A DNA stretch of 54,972 bases from Octopus bimaculoides (lineage: Eukaryota). The position numbers and the translations under genes were made by a program. Below are positions 12,995 to 26,625 of this stretch, in pieces (the first letter of the stretch is position 1; every line of letters starts with the position of its first letter). Location of the stretch: positions 39,226,550-39,281,521 of the forward strand of contig NC_068995.1 in assembly GCF_001194135.2 (NCBI RefSeq), in the 5' to 3' direction. The notes under the pieces are model-generated. The model did no database searches. It saw only the letters and a list, made by a program, of their open reading frames with translations, and was not told the DNA's origin.

Positions 12995-15731
12995 ATGTCC
13001 TGTAATGTGATGCGAATAATTTCTTGATGGTGGTAGTACTAATTACGTTCTAGAGTGTTTAACTGTTATTTTTATGGCTTCTTCTGGATAGTGGATAGGG
13101 ACATAATCCAGGTGATACAATCTACGCGTGCGTTATTCTCTAAATCAAGAATATTTCGAAGGAATATCAAATACCTCATTGATTACGCACTACATGATGA
13201 TTAAGACATAGAGACCAACATTTACATTTGAGAATATGAGAACATACAGCAAATTTCTTTCAAAATGAACGCCAGAATTCAAGCGTATCACTAAATCGTT
13301 ACGAATCTAGTGCTTCCACATTTCCTTCTTTGTTTGTCTGAAAAAATTAATGGTAATAAGCAATAAACGGCTAATATGCATTAGAACTGAAAATTTAGAG
13401 CTTAATAGTAAAGTATCATATCCATAGTATCACTTATACATGTAGTATCACCGTAAACAAGACTCAAGGGCAAAGGAAAGGCGCAATTTGATAATGAAAA
13501 CGTGCTTGTTAATTTGCTTCTTTAAGAGTATTGTTTATGGTTATTTGATGTGTGTATTTGTAAATGAAAGTTAGAGATTAGTTGTGTGTATGAGTTTTAA
13601 AACGTAAACTCTACTATCTGTTAATTTTACATGAAACACTTATCATAAATGCCGATATATGTACGGTATCCTACACACCTACGAAGGATTCCACAAAAAT
13701 GAAAACGACGATGACAATTCTCCTGAAATTGACCTGTAATTCAATTAAACACTTCTTATTTTAATTCATTATCCACTGTTTTCTGGTACTTTAGAATGCT
13801 TCTATTATATTTGCACTGCATTAGTTTAAATAAATTAGTGATCTCATAAGGTTGGCCTTAAAAAGAAGCAGCGTATCTATTTTAAGATCGGAAATAATTT
13901 AATTTGAGTGTAATATTTTACGATGCTCCTCGAAAGGGTTCAGTATGAAGGAGATGTGTTTTGGGAAAATAAAAGACATTTAAAACGAGAAAAAGAGAAT
14001 GCGGAAATTATTTCATAATTTTGTTTAAAATAAGTGAAAAATACGAAATAACATGAACGAACGTGTACCCATGTATACATTCATGCACAACCACAACAAA
14101 CAAAGGTGAATCTATAAATGCATGCACATACATACGCATTTATATACGTNNNNNNNNNNNNNNNNNNNNNNNNNNNNNNNNNNNNNNNNNNNNNNNNNNN
14201 NNNNNNNNNNNNNNNNNNNNNNNNNNNNNNNNNNNNNNNNNNNNNNNNNNNNNNNNNNNNNNNNNNNNNNNNNNNNNNNNNNNNNNNNNNNNNNNNNNNN
14301 NNNNNNNNNNNNNNNNNNNNNNNNNNNNNNNNNNNNNNNNNNNNNNNNNNNNATATATATATATATATATATATACTAAAACACACACGCACATATATGT
14401 ATATGTATATATATTAGGTCAAAGTGGGATGCAATTGGGTGAAGAGTATTCACTGGTATTTAGAGAAAGAGAAAAGAGAGACAAAGTGGGGAAGGAATAA
14501 TGCTGTGTAAAATGCTGTATTACTACACTGTTTTATGCCATGGTGGAAAACATCACGCCAAAGGCTTCACACTTCCATGACCAACTCCTCTAAGTTTCAT
14601 AAGTTCAAGCCACTAATCTATTTCAAAGTTCAATGTGTCCACGCTTCGTTATAGCTGTCCAATACATTTAGTGAATGCATCATTTGTTTTCAATGTTCAC
14701 ATCTGTTCGTGTCGGTGTAGCATCCATCGAAATACGTTTAGCTAAACCTGCCTTTTGACTCTGTACACTACAATAATTGCATTATCGTTTTCAACAAATA
14801 CGTATGATTAAACCACAAAATCAAGGCCGGTATCTCGGGTACAACAAATTTCGTTAAACCTATCTTACGTAAATAACAGAAATATTGTAAAAAACTTTAT
14901 TCACACTAACATATGGTGAACTAGAGTTGTAACATAAACTGCGAAAAATAGTTGCCAAATCACCCATAAATCACAATGTATTCTGATAAAATATAGGAAG
15001 GACAAGATTGAAGAATATGGTCGTTGATGAACAATGTGTATGGAAACGTAAGAATATTGAAAGTGATTGTGTTTTTGAATGTATGTGTGCTCAGTGAAGC
15101 CTGACATGTGAGCACAAATCTTCAGATACAAACGACAAGTATATATATGCTTGTAAAAACATAATTATAGACATGGACACACACACACACACATACACAC
15201 ATACACACACAAAAAAACACACACACAGTATACATTACATTTTTGTGTGCGTGTGTGTGTAACTCAATGACTGAAGATTAAATGTAAAAGATAGGAACTT
15301 GTGCACGTTGGATTTTGTGTGTGCATGCGTGCATGTGCGTGTGTGTTGTGAATGTGTGTAAGATAATTCAAGGTGCGTGGCCTATTGTTGAGGCTGTTGC
15401 ACTCACGATCGCTAGATGATGAGTTCAGTTCCCAGGCCAGGTGGCACGCTGTGTTCTTGAACAAAACATTCAATTTCATGATGTTCTGCAGGACACGACA
15501 TTCACAAAATCGTTGGCGCCTCAGCAGAGATGCATTACAGTAGGTTTTCTGAATTTAGACCCTGCCTTCCTGGAGAAGGCAACGGGGTGCCACTCCAGCA
15601 TTCGTCATAAGTCTACTCTTGGTACACAAAGTTCCACTCTTACCTTGTATAGAGAGTGATGGAATAGGTCCACATACTAAGGACCTGTCCAAGAGCAGAC
15701 CACCGCTAAACTACAAATATCACATATTACA

Positions 15732-15764
<33 letters not shown>

Positions 15765-16293
15765 TGTGAGTGTGTATGTGTGTGTCTGTGTGTTGTGAGT
15801 GTGTATGTGTGTGTGTGTGTGTGTGTGTGCGTCTTTATCCGACCTTGCTCGTTAGCGTGTGTATGTGTGTGTGGTGTATGTGTGTATGCTTGTGCGCGCG
15901 CGTGGACATGTGCATGCATCGCTTGCACAAGTGTGAAAGAAATCCTATATGCTATAGCAAACAGCTGAATGTCAAATGTTATTATAACCTTTAATTAAAG
16001 CGTTGGGTCCTGTAATTTAACGTAATGTTACATTTCCCTTAACAAACCCGATAATTATTATTGCTGTAAATAGACATAGACACATTTCTAATTAGTATAA
16101 AGTACTCGAACTGCATATCAGAAAAATATAATATCTATTATGGTCATGAATGTTTTCGATTTTATAAATTCACTCTATCACATTATGTTAAGCTATTCCT
16201 CACACCACATACACTCACCGTAACTAAGCATAAAAATAACGAATAAAATAGGTTTAGTGTAGGGTATTGATTTTTCTATTATTAGACACATAC

Positions 16294-16482
16294 CTACAAG
16301 TCGGTACATAATGTTCTGTTGGAATTGGTCGAAGTATAGAGCGAGGTTCTGTTTGCAATGGGATACAGCTTCCTCTGTCAGCTTCGCCGTGTTAACCCAA
16401 CTGTTTAGCTTGTTCTTATCGAAGTAGTTCAGTGAAGAACAGCCTGCGAACTCGTGATTTTCATATAACCAAATGCCAAGCA
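16294..16482 (-). CDS. ECT2L: ECT2L coding exon 12 (VLGIWLYENHEFAGCSSLNYFDKNKLNSW...FQQNIMYRLVG)
   Basis: Matches ECT2L ILSDWL...SIYFCESKLQTW...LQKSISGRMIG. TTTTCAG acceptor, TAG|GTATGT donor, 189 nt, phase 1-1. Confidence 0.92.
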
Positions 16483-16566
16483 CTGAAAAGCAGAAGCAAA
16501 GAATAATTGATACAAATAGAAATATGTTCATATATACACACACACACGCACACGCACACACACAGA

Positions 16567-16600
<34 letters not shown>

Positions 16601-16601
<1 letters not shown>

Positions 16602-16865
16602 GAAAATACCCATACAACAACTGAGGACACCGCAAAGAAAAGACAAACAGGAAAAGATCATTCCATTTATAGTGACACAAAATCCATGCCACCAGAACAT
16701 CTTTAATATCGCCAAAGCGAACTTACCGATCCTTGCACAAAGTAAGGAATTGAGAAATATCATTACAGATCAAAATATAACTCTCAGTAAGAGACAACCT
16801 AAAAACTTGAAAAAACTATTAACAAAGGCAAGGTTTGACCTCAGCAACAAAAATCAAACATTCAC
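16601..16865 (+). mobile_element. Penelope-like element fragment (RT C-terminus to GIY-YIG linker)
   Basis: IIPFIVTQNP...NIFNIAKANLPILAQS.EL..I....I.LSKRQPKNLKKLLTKARF resembles the conserved PLE linker before the GIY-YIG endonuclease. Runs into an N gap. Confidence 0.85.
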
Positions 16866-18010
16866 NNNNNNNNNNNNNNNNNNNNNNNNNNNNNNNNNNN
16901 NNNNNNNNNNNNNNNNNNNNNNNNNNNNNNNNNNNNNNNNNNNNNNNNNNNNNNNNNNNNNNNNNNNNNNNNNNNNNNNNNNNNNNNNNNNNNNNNNNNN
17001 NNNNNNNNNNNNNNNNNNNNNNNNNNNNNNNNNNNNNNNNNNNNNNNNNNNNNNNNNNNNNNNNNNNNNNNNNNNNNNNNNNNNNNNNNNNNNNNNNNNN
17101 NNNNNNNNNNNNNNNNNNNNNNNNNNNNNNNNNNNNNNNNNNNNNNNNNNNNNNNNNNNNNNNNNNNNNNNNNNNNNNNNNNNNNNNNNNNNNNNNNNNN
17201 NNNNNNNNNNNNNNNNNNNNNNNNNNNNNNNNNNNNNNNNNNNNNNNNNNNNNNNNNNNNNNNNNNNNNNNNNNNNNNNNNNNNNNNNNNNNNNNNNNNN
17301 NNNNNNNNNNNNNNNNNNNNNNNNNNNNNNNNNNNNNNNNNNNNNNNNNNNNNNNNNNNNNNNNNNNNNNNNNNNNNNNNNNNNNNNNNNNNNNNNNNNN
17401 NNNNNNNNNNNNNNNNNNNNNNNNNNNNNNNNNNNNNNNNNNNNNNNNNNNNNNNNNNNNNNNNNNNNNNNNNNNNNNNNNNNNNNNNNNNNNNNNNNNN
17501 NNNNNNNNNNNNNNNNNNNNNNNNNNNNNNNNNNNNNNNNNNNNNNNNNNNNNNNNNNNNNNNNNNNNNNNNNNNNNNNNNNNNNNNNNNNNNNNNNNNN
17601 NNNNNNNNNNNNNNNNNNNNNNNNNNNNNNNNNNNNNNNNNNNNNNNNNNNNNNNNNNNNNNNNNNNNNNNNNNNNNNNNNNNNNNNNNNNNNNNNNNNN
17701 NNNNNNNNNNNNNNNNNNNNNNNNNNNNNNNNNNNNNNNNNNNNNNNNNNNNNNNNNNNNNNNNNNNNNNNTATATATATATTTATATTTATATATATAT
17801 TTATATATTTGATCCCTTATATTGAACACTCAATATTTCATCTACATTCAATACTTTATTTCATGGTGCCATCCATTTTTATTTTATTTTATATTATATA
17901 TTGTATATTATATTATATATTGTATATTCCATATTCTATACCCCACATTAGTTCTGCAGGAATATAAATAAAACATAAAAAACAGACAGTGTTAGAACTC
18001 TTTTAAGCAA

Positions 18011-18046
<36 letters not shown>

Positions 18047-18741
18047 GTGCGCGCATACATAGGCAGTATAGGCAGTATATAAGTTATGTGACATAAAGTC
18101 TCTTTTTGTGCATGTGTGTGTAAAGCTGGCTGAATCATTAATACCTATATGTACGTCGAACAAAATGCTTAGTAGCATTTTTTCAGCTCTTTACGTTCTG
18201 TGTTCAAACGCTGCCGAGGTCGACTGAGCCTTTTATCGTTTCAGGTTGTTAAAAGAAAATACCAGTGAAATATTGGGTCTATGTAATATACTTTTTCCGT
18301 CTTCCTAAAATTGCTGGCCAAAAATGAATCGATGTATGCATATCTGTGCGCGCGCGCCTGTTTGCGTAGGCTGAGGCAGAGTTCTCCAGGAAGCAGGGAA
18401 AGGGACAGTATGTAAATCCGTTGGGTCAGAGAATGAGAGGTAAAGTAGATTTATTTCGAAAATTAACGGGGAAAAATCATTGAAAACTGAATTACCAACT
18501 ATGTTGGTTATATTCAAATTAAAAGCATAAATAGCGTGAAGAGCGAACTCTACTCATGCGCCTTTGAAAACACAACCTTAAATAAGTTGAGTACAGAATT
18601 GATTTGATAAGTATTTTACCTAAAATATACAGATTTTTCGGAAAGCGATATCATTATCCCTTCAACTTACATCAGAATTCTCTCTAATGCCTCCTTTGAT
18701 AAGCGTTAAAATTTGCAAACTTAAGTAGTTGTTTTTTTTTT

Positions 18742-18937
18742 CTACTCTAGACACAAGGCCCAAAATTTTAGGGGAGGGGGCAGTCGATTAGATCGACTCC
18801 TGTACGCAACTGGTACTTAATTTATCGACTCTGAAAGGATGAAAGGCAAAGTCGACCTCGGCGGAATTTGAACTCAGACGAAATACCGCTAAGCATTTCA
18901 CCCGGCGTGCTAACGATTCTGCCAGCTCGCCGCCTTA
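18742..18937 (-). mobile_element. tRNA-derived SINE, family A (Nin/Deu-like core), with 16-bp TSD
   Basis: Core CCGAGGTCGACTTTGCCTTTCATCCTTTC..GTCGATAAATTAAGTACCAG resembles the Deu/Nin SINE domain. Flanked by the direct repeat TAGTTGTTTTTTTTTT (18726-18741, 18940-18955). Confidence 0.9.
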
Positions 18938-19390
18938 GCTAGTTGTTTTTTTTTTGTTTTTTTTACACCAGATTAGTCTTCGATAAGTAGAAGTATATTT
19001 TATCATTTATCTCTTTTATTTGTTTTCAGTCATTAAACTATGGTCAAGCTGGTGCACTACTTTTAAGCTTTAGTTGAGAAAATCGTCACTATTATTTATT
19101 TTAGAATGCTATTTATTCTATCAGTCTTTCGCCGAGCCGCCAAATCACGGGGACCTAAACGAACCAATATAAGTTGTCAAACAGTGCAGGAAGGGACATA
19201 CACAAACGTGATGGCACACAACCATATAATGTATGTATGTATGTATGCATGCAACAATAATAGAATCCTACACAGTTGCCAAGCAGTGAGACCAAATCCA
19301 AAACCATGTGGTTGCCAAACTACTTCTTGACCACTCCCAATGTACACTGGCACAATGTACTGAGTATTATATTATATTACTTGACGTTTC

Positions 19391-19610
19391 AAAGCGGCGA
19401 ACTGGCAGAATCCTTAGCACGCTGGATGAAATGTTTAGTGGCTTTTCGCCCGTCGCTACGTTCTGAGTTAAAATTCCACTGAGGTCGACATTGCCTTTTA
19501 TCCTTTTGGGATCGATAAATTGAGTACCAGTGAAAAACTGGAGTCGATATAACCGACTAAACCGCACCACCCACCACATTTTAGGCCTTTTTCCTATAAT
19601 AGGAAGAATA
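19391..19610 (+). mobile_element. SINE family A copy
   Basis: Same head and core as the other copies; opposite orientation to the 18742-18937 copy. Confidence 0.85.
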
Positions 19611-20001
19611 TTACTAGATATTTCATTCTTTTCTGTAGCCATATGTAGAAGTTTATTATGTCGTGAAGTTACTGAAATACATTTTAGCCTCACCATCCGA
19701 ACTGACTCGATTGTGGAATGTGTCATTGTTATAAATCAGTAGAGTTCGATTTGAGAGCGATTCGACAGCTATTCGTAGTGACTACTTAGAGCCATCTTCT
19801 TATGTTTCCAATTGTTCCGTATGCTTTCTCTTTTTATTGGGTGTCGTGCAGTATGATGTTAGAAGCAGCACAAAGTTGGTTGCATGACCGTATCAGCATC
19901 ATTTCCACGGTAGTTTATATAGCGACTAATGACAATATGGTTAAATGTCAAACATCTTCCTCAATTTGATATCCAATGTCTTCCTCAAGTTGATCGATAT
20001 A

Positions 20002-20140
20002 TCAAACTCCACCCTTTCTGACAATATGAAAATGGATTTCTTGAAAGCAATCTCTGAAGCTGTACTTCTCTATGGCTCTTAGCATGGACTCTGAAAGAGA
20101 GGCCTAATTGTTTGATAGTACATACACAAAGATGCTGGAA
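20002..20140 (+). mobile_element. Decayed RTE-type LINE reverse transcriptase C-terminal fragment
   Basis: NMKMDFLKAISEAVLLYGS*/AWTL...DSTYTKML resembles K.RFFRA.VESVLLYG.E.WTL...DG.YTRML. Confidence 0.6.
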
Positions 20141-20894
20141 ACAATAAGTACCTGTTATACGGAGTTATTGCCTCTTTCGAGTTTTGAACCTGATGGTATA
20201 AATAGCTAATGATTTAAAAGTTATCTATGAAAAACAAATTAATTATAGACATTGAATGAAAGAAACTAATATCTTATGGTGTAAATAATTTAAACAGCTA
20301 ATGGAAGACCAATAACATTTTCACATGCCCTTGTTTTATACAACGTTATACTAGAACTAAGCAGTTGTTATAAAATATGTTCAAAATTGGCACCAACAGT
20401 TAGATGCCGGACTAGTACAATCATTAGAATATTGGTATGTAATCTTATTCTGGGTTGATACATCACTCTGTTCAACTCCGTTTGTCATCCTTCCAAGGTA
20501 GAAAAATGCACATAACTCTTGTGCGGCGAATTACTGCAAACGTTTGCGGGTCGGATGAGGTAACGAGATATTTGTTGCTGCTATTTGTGTTGTGATCTCA
20601 AATCTCACAGCCGCCAACTAGGACAGTATAGTTCATACGCCGTTCAGTGTAGAACAACTACCTAGTTTATTGTCTTACATGGTTCATTGGTGCTTTTAGC
20701 GAAGTTCTCCCCGTTTCAAGTATTCAGCTAGAGGATAATTTCGTTAATACTGTATCGGAGGCTCGTGTAAAAGGAAATGAGTAGTGCCCTTCTGCCCTGA
20801 CTAAACGAAAAGAAAAAAAGACTCAGTGAAAATATGAAACAAAGTGAGCAACGCTTCAATATTCCTTTAAATATACTTTAATTATTCAGCATAC

Positions 20895-20984
20895 CTTTCT
20901 TTGGTCCTCCTATAACTGAAGATGGAGATGAAAATTTCATATTTGTCACCGATTTAAGTTCTACCATTAAATCAGTCCCGTTTT
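20895..20984 (-). CDS. ECT2L: ECT2L coding exon 11 (ENGTDLMVELKSVTNMKFSSPSSVIGGPKK)
   Basis: Matches ECT2L [34 protein letters not shown] acceptor, AAG|GTATGC donor, 90 nt, phase 1-1. Confidence 0.88.
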
Positions 20985-23655
20985 CTACGAGGCAAAAGAA
21001 AAAAAGAACGATGGTTATAGGATAGTATAATACGAAAACTGACACGTTCTTGATTCACAATAAAATCACTTCACTAACATTGACGTATTGTTGTTGGCAC
21101 TCCGTCGCTTACGACGTCGAGGGTTGATCCGATCAACGGAACAGCCTGCTCGTGAAATTAATGTGCAAGTGGCTGAGCACTCCACAGACATGTGTACCCT
21201 TAACGTAGTTCTCGGGTATATTCAGCGTGATACAGTGTGACAAGGCTGACCCTTTGAATTACAGGCACAACAGAAACAGGAAGTAAAAGTGAGAGAAAGT
21301 TGTGGTGGAAGAGTAGAGNNNNNNNNNNNNNNNNNNNNNNNNNNNNNNNNNNNNNNNNNNNNNNNNNNNNNNNNNNNNNNNNNNNNNNNNNNNNNNNNNN
21401 NNNNNNNNNNNNNNNNNNNNNNNNNNNNNNNNNNNNNNNNNNNNNNNNNNNNNNNNNNNNNNNNNNNNNNNNNNNNNNNNNNNNNNNNNNNNNNNNNNNN
21501 NNNNNNNNNNNNNNNNNNNNNNNNNNNNNNNNNNNNNNNNNNNNNNNNNNNNNNNNNNNNNNNNNNNNNNNNNNNNNNNNNNNNNNNNNNNNNNNNNNNN
21601 NNNNNNNNNNNNNNNNNNNNNNNNNNNNNNNNNNNNNNNNNNNNNNNNNNNNNNNNNNNNNNNNNNNNNNNNNNNNNNNNNNNNNNNNNNNNNNNNNNNN
21701 NNNNNNNNNNNNNNNNNNNNNNNNNNNNNNNNNNNNNNNNNNNNNNNNNNNNNNNNNNNNNNNNNNNNNNNNNNNNNNNNNNNNNNNNNNNNNNNNNNNN
21801 NNNNNNNNNNNNNNNNNNNNNNNNNNNNNNNNNNNNNNNNNNNNNNNNNNNNNNNNNNNNNNNNNNNNNNNNNNNNNNNNNNNNNNNNNNNNNNNNNNNN
21901 NNNNNNNNNNNNNNNNNNNNNNNNNNNNNNNNNNNNNNNNNNNNNNNNNNNNNNNNNNNNNNNNNNNNNNNNNNNNNNNNNNNNNNNNNNNNNNNNNNNN
22001 NNNNNNNNNNNNNNNNNNNNNNNNNNNNNNNNNNNNNNNNNNNNNNNNNNNNNNNNNNNNNNNNNNNNNNNNNNNNNNNNNNNNNNNNNNNNNNNNNNNN
22101 NNNNNNNNNNNNNNNNNNNNNNNNNNNNNNNNNNNNNNNNNNNNNNNNNNNNNNNNNNNNNNNNNNNNNNNATATATATATATATATATATACATGTATA
22201 AATATATGTATATATTTGTATATATATATGTATTATGTATTTATGTATGTATGTATATATACATAAATACATATGTGTGTGTGTATTGCGTGTGTGTGTA
22301 TATATATATGCACACACACACACACTCACACGGACACGCACGTACACACACACACACATATATATATGTATATATATATATGTGTGTGTGTGCGTGTGTT
22401 TGTATGTGTGTGTGTGTGAGTGGAGCACATAATTAGGAGTGAATATTTATAAAGATATTATTGTTATTATTATCAAGGGCAATATAAATAATTGATCACA
22501 ACAATAATAATATAAGTGTTAGCAGGCCTAAATTAGCATTATATAGTCATATAATTAACACTTATATGATAAGGGCATATGAATGTGCCGGCCTGCTAGA
22601 CATAAGAGTTAAAACCTTGATTAAACCATTCATAATAACGCTGAAAATAACAACAGAAAGCAACAAGATTCCTTCGTATACTTATATAACAGAACGCTAT
22701 ATATTTGTTGGTTTAAATACATTTATTATTGTTGTTGTTTTCATAATTATCATTTCTATCGCTTTCCTATTAGCGGCGGAAGCCTCTTACGTTTACAATC
22801 GTATTCTCTATATTTTACTTGATGTGAATATACATCAAGAAAACAACAGCATTACGGTATACTTCTGCAGAAAGTATCTTATATAGATGTAAAGCATTTA
22901 AAAGCATAGAATTGTACCAGTAGCAGAAGAATTGTACCAGAGGAGGTGGAATAGGTAGATCCGGAATTTTTGCGTTTTTCCGCCTCTACTGATATAGAAA
23001 AAATTATTAACAAATCGCTGGTTTTACAATTAACTGACGGGCTGAGCAAAAAATCCTTATTAGCGACAGAAGCTGCATTAATTCAGGGCAGGTTTCTAAA
23101 TATCTTATTTAAAGTTGATGTATGATAGTGAACTACGACCACTGATAATCCGCAAAGACTTGGATATTCGGGTTTAGAAATTCAGCAGTCACTGTTGGAT
23201 GCTTTTCGCCAGCTATTGAGTCTATTGTATGCTTTTATGCAATATACGTTTATACGAGATGCTTTCTCAAGAGAAATACCGCAGTGATGTGACTTTCTAC
23301 GGTATATCTACTGTAAATAAGATGCGCAGAATGCTATTTGGAAATAATCCTGTTTCCGACGCTAATATCGAAGATTTACCCCGCCCACCAGCTTTTCATT
23401 AGCCTTTTAAAACCCCACTTATTTCAGAATCTATATATATGGTTTTATTTGAACTAAATTTCATCGAAGGAAAATGCCCTAATTTGACAAATAACATTTT
23501 TTAAATTATGAATGTGATTGAGATATCCATAAATGTTCGCTTATTAATTGATGTTGTATACTTTCTCCATTAATATGAATGATGCGAGGATAAAAATGAA
23601 ACTCAGTAGGAATGTTATTAATTCATCCTATAACAATTTTAATATCATTACTGAC

Positions 23656-23843
23656 CTGATGCAATAAGAGGGGAAAAAATATCAAACTGTCCTCCATATT
23701 CCGAACTGACAATATTACATGATAATGTCTCAAAAAATATGTTGATGTCAGATCTTGTGCGACGGCTTTTCAAATTAACGCAGCAATCGTTCACGAGTAA
23801 AATACTTCCTGGTTCTTCTTCGTGGCAAAATAAACCAATACTC
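23656..23843 (-). CDS. ECT2L: ECT2L coding exon 10 (SIGLFCHEEEPGSILLVND...EYGGQFDIFSPLIAS)
   Basis: SIGLF and GGQFDIFSPLIAS match ECT2L SIGIF and GGHVDFFVPLGAS. TTTTACAG acceptor, CAG|GTCAGT donor, phase 2-1. Confidence 0.92.
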
Positions 23844-24002
23844 CTGTAAAATGAAAAGCTTATTTTACTTTCTCTGTGTTAGGAGGTTTAAACAATATAT
23901 ATCGTTATATAACATGATACCGTTTTATTTTACTAACACCCAATTCACTTTACACTGCACTGAACTATAATGCGGTTCAAGCACTTCATATTTATTCCTC
24001 CT

Positions 24003-24070
<68 letters not shown>

Positions 24071-24604
24071 NNNNNNNNNNNNNNNNNNNNTACATAAATG
24101 TGTTCTTGTGTGTGCCTTTGTGTGTGTGTGCATGTATGTGTGTGTATGTGTGTATGTGTGTGTGTGTGTGTGTATGTATTAGCAGTTTCATTTGCTGTCC
24201 TTATACAACCATTATTTTCACAATAACATGGCTCGTCAGGTTTTGTGGAGTAAAGTCTATTATTCCATCATTGTATATTGATTCTTAAAACAAAAAGATT
24301 GGAGTAAACAATTGTGTTTTGTTCTCGTGTTTTTTCTCCTTATTTGATTTACTCTTTCATTGATTTTTATGTTTGAGAGGGTTCAGTGTTTTCCTGTTCG
24401 TTTACTGATGGAAATACATGTGTGAAAGTATATTTGATTGTGTCTATTTTACAAAATTTAATGACGTATGTCTGCATGTGGGAGCATGAAGAGATCAATT
24501 ATGTGTTGTGTTGTTTTTCATTGATTTGTTTTGGTATGCCAAGGCTTATAACATTTCTAGAGTGCAAACACCGCGGAAGTTCATTGATACACACACACGC
24601 GCGC

Positions 24605-24648
<44 letters not shown>

Positions 24649-24674
24649 ACTTTATTTAAAATTACTTATGTGAT

Positions 24675-24888
24675 CTTGATTTAAAATTTTGGCACAAGGT
24701 CAGCAGAGTCAGGGGATATGCATGTCGATTACATCGACCACAATGTTCAACTAATGCTTACTTTACCGACTCGGAAAAGATTGAATGCAAACTCGACTTT
24801 GGCAGAATTTGAACTCATAACGTAAGTATGGACGAAATGCAACTAATCATTTTGTCCGGCGTGCTAACGATTCTGCCCGCTCACCACG
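24675..24888 (-). mobile_element. SINE family A copy
   Basis: Reverse-oriented head, core and tail motifs. Ends approximate. Confidence 0.82.
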
Positions 24889-26199
24889 GTTAGTTAATAT
24901 GTAATATTATTGTTTTTTATATTATTTCTTAGACACCAGGTGTGTGTTGCCAGTGTTTAGCGAACTCCTCCAACGACTGTTTGAAATTTAATAAATATAG
25001 AAAAGCCCTGAAAGACCAATTTTTAAAAAAATGAATAAAAATATATACTTAATCGCAGCACGCACTCGCATGTGATGATGTATTCTTAATTTCCTTAAAA
25101 TCATACCAACAGCAGTAGCATTAAATCCAAATAAGAGATATTCTTCCTTTTTTATTCAAATATATGTCCTGCCTTAATTAACGATAATGTCAGAGTGACC
25201 TCCCTTGCTTGTATACTTTTTAAACTGTTGCCAAGCAAATGAATATGCAATAAATGAAACATCTGGCAATTTACCCCATAAACTAGCTAGGCTTCAAAAA
25301 CTAATAAATGGAAAGTTCTTCTCAGTAAATAAATTCACACGGTTGCTTTTATTATGAAAACACAAATACAAAACACAAATACTCTGCCACCCACAGTCTT
25401 CCATATTTTCACAAACACGCATGCAATTTGTATAAAACATTTTAACGAAATCACAATCATAGAGATGGTACCAAACACAAAACAACCCGTGAAAACATCC
25501 GTATCAAATATATACTACCAAATATAAAGTTTTGTCGCCGCTGTTTTCTGAGAGTCGTTTTTATATGGAATAAGAGTCATCACACCACATTAGGTGAAAA
25601 GCTGTTATGATGGAATTAATTATTCACGTATAGAAACGGAATATCTAGCTATCATCATTAATGCATATACACACAAGCATACTCACACACACACACATAC
25701 ACAGACGCAGACGTACATGCACACATACACACACATACATATACAAACATACACACAAACATAGTTGTGATAATGAAGTCAAACCAGATAGTGATATTTA
25801 GAAATCATTTAGTACGTACGTTTCAAGTTTGCGTAATATACACTAAGAAATCCATCGATTACGTAAATTGTTATCATTTCAAAATATTAAGAAATTTATG
25901 GAAACATTTCAATACGTATGTGGCTAGAGTGGTAAGGCGGCTACTATGTTAGAAGTTAACGCATGTAAAAGAGAGAGAAAGACAGAAGGAAAGAAGAGGA
26001 GAAAGAGAAAGAAAAGTGGATAAGGTAGAGAGGTATATGTGAAGTGATATAGTGGGAAGGTGTAGAAATGATGAGAAAATATTATTGCATCTTTGTTCGT
26101 CGAAATTACCTACTCCTTGTTACCATAATTGTATGCTTTCCACCACGTTCTAGCAATGAGAGCGTTAGTCTTTAAGAGCAATAATTCAAGGTACGTCTT

Positions 26200-26625
26200 C
26201 ATGTTCTAACTAGATTTAAACACTGCCATCGAGTATTGAACACGGAACTTCGTCCACTGAAAATTATCCGATAACAAATTAACTGTTTCATCGGAAAAAA
26301 TCTCACCTCGTTTCCTCGGCAGAATATAATTACAGTATTTTTCGTGTTCGGCAGGGGGAAACTTTTTAAAAAGTAATCGTATCTTCTCGTCATTCCAATT
26401 TTTACATTCTTCTTTGAGGTTTCCTTCATATCTTCTAAAGTATGCAGAGAAAGTAGTACCTTATTCCGAGTTATGAATTAAATTCTGCAATTGAGTTTGC
26501 TACACGGTCTGACGAGAACGAGCCCGAAGCATTTTCAGACTTCTTCCTTATTATTTCCAGCAATTTTAGCATTGTCGTTGTTGCTCTTGTAGTTGTTGTT
26601 GTAACTGCTGTTGTTCCTGTTTTCC
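26200..26625 (-). mobile_element. Degenerate Gypsy/Ty3 (K02A2.6-like) gag fragment
   Basis: Across frameshifts it reads Q-rich start, VANSIAEF, TFSAYFRRYE, KIRLLFKKFPPAEHEKYCNYILP, and SSVFNTRWQCLNL, motifs characteristic of this gag family. Confidence 0.82.

Noticed and set aside
13679-13733. Alternative candidate for ECT2L exon 13 starting GQF
   Set aside because: Only three residues match and it ends in phase 2. The 4788-4888 exon matches far better and keeps the frame.
22957-23290. Two consecutive 45-55 codon open stretches in one plus-strand frame
   Set aside because: Separated by three stops, with no splice signals or recognisable homology; not distinguishable from chance without a search.
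25294-25550. Cys-rich minus-strand ORF suggesting a piggyBac C-terminal domain
   Set aside because: Cys spacing does not fit convincingly and no TTAA/TIR was found.
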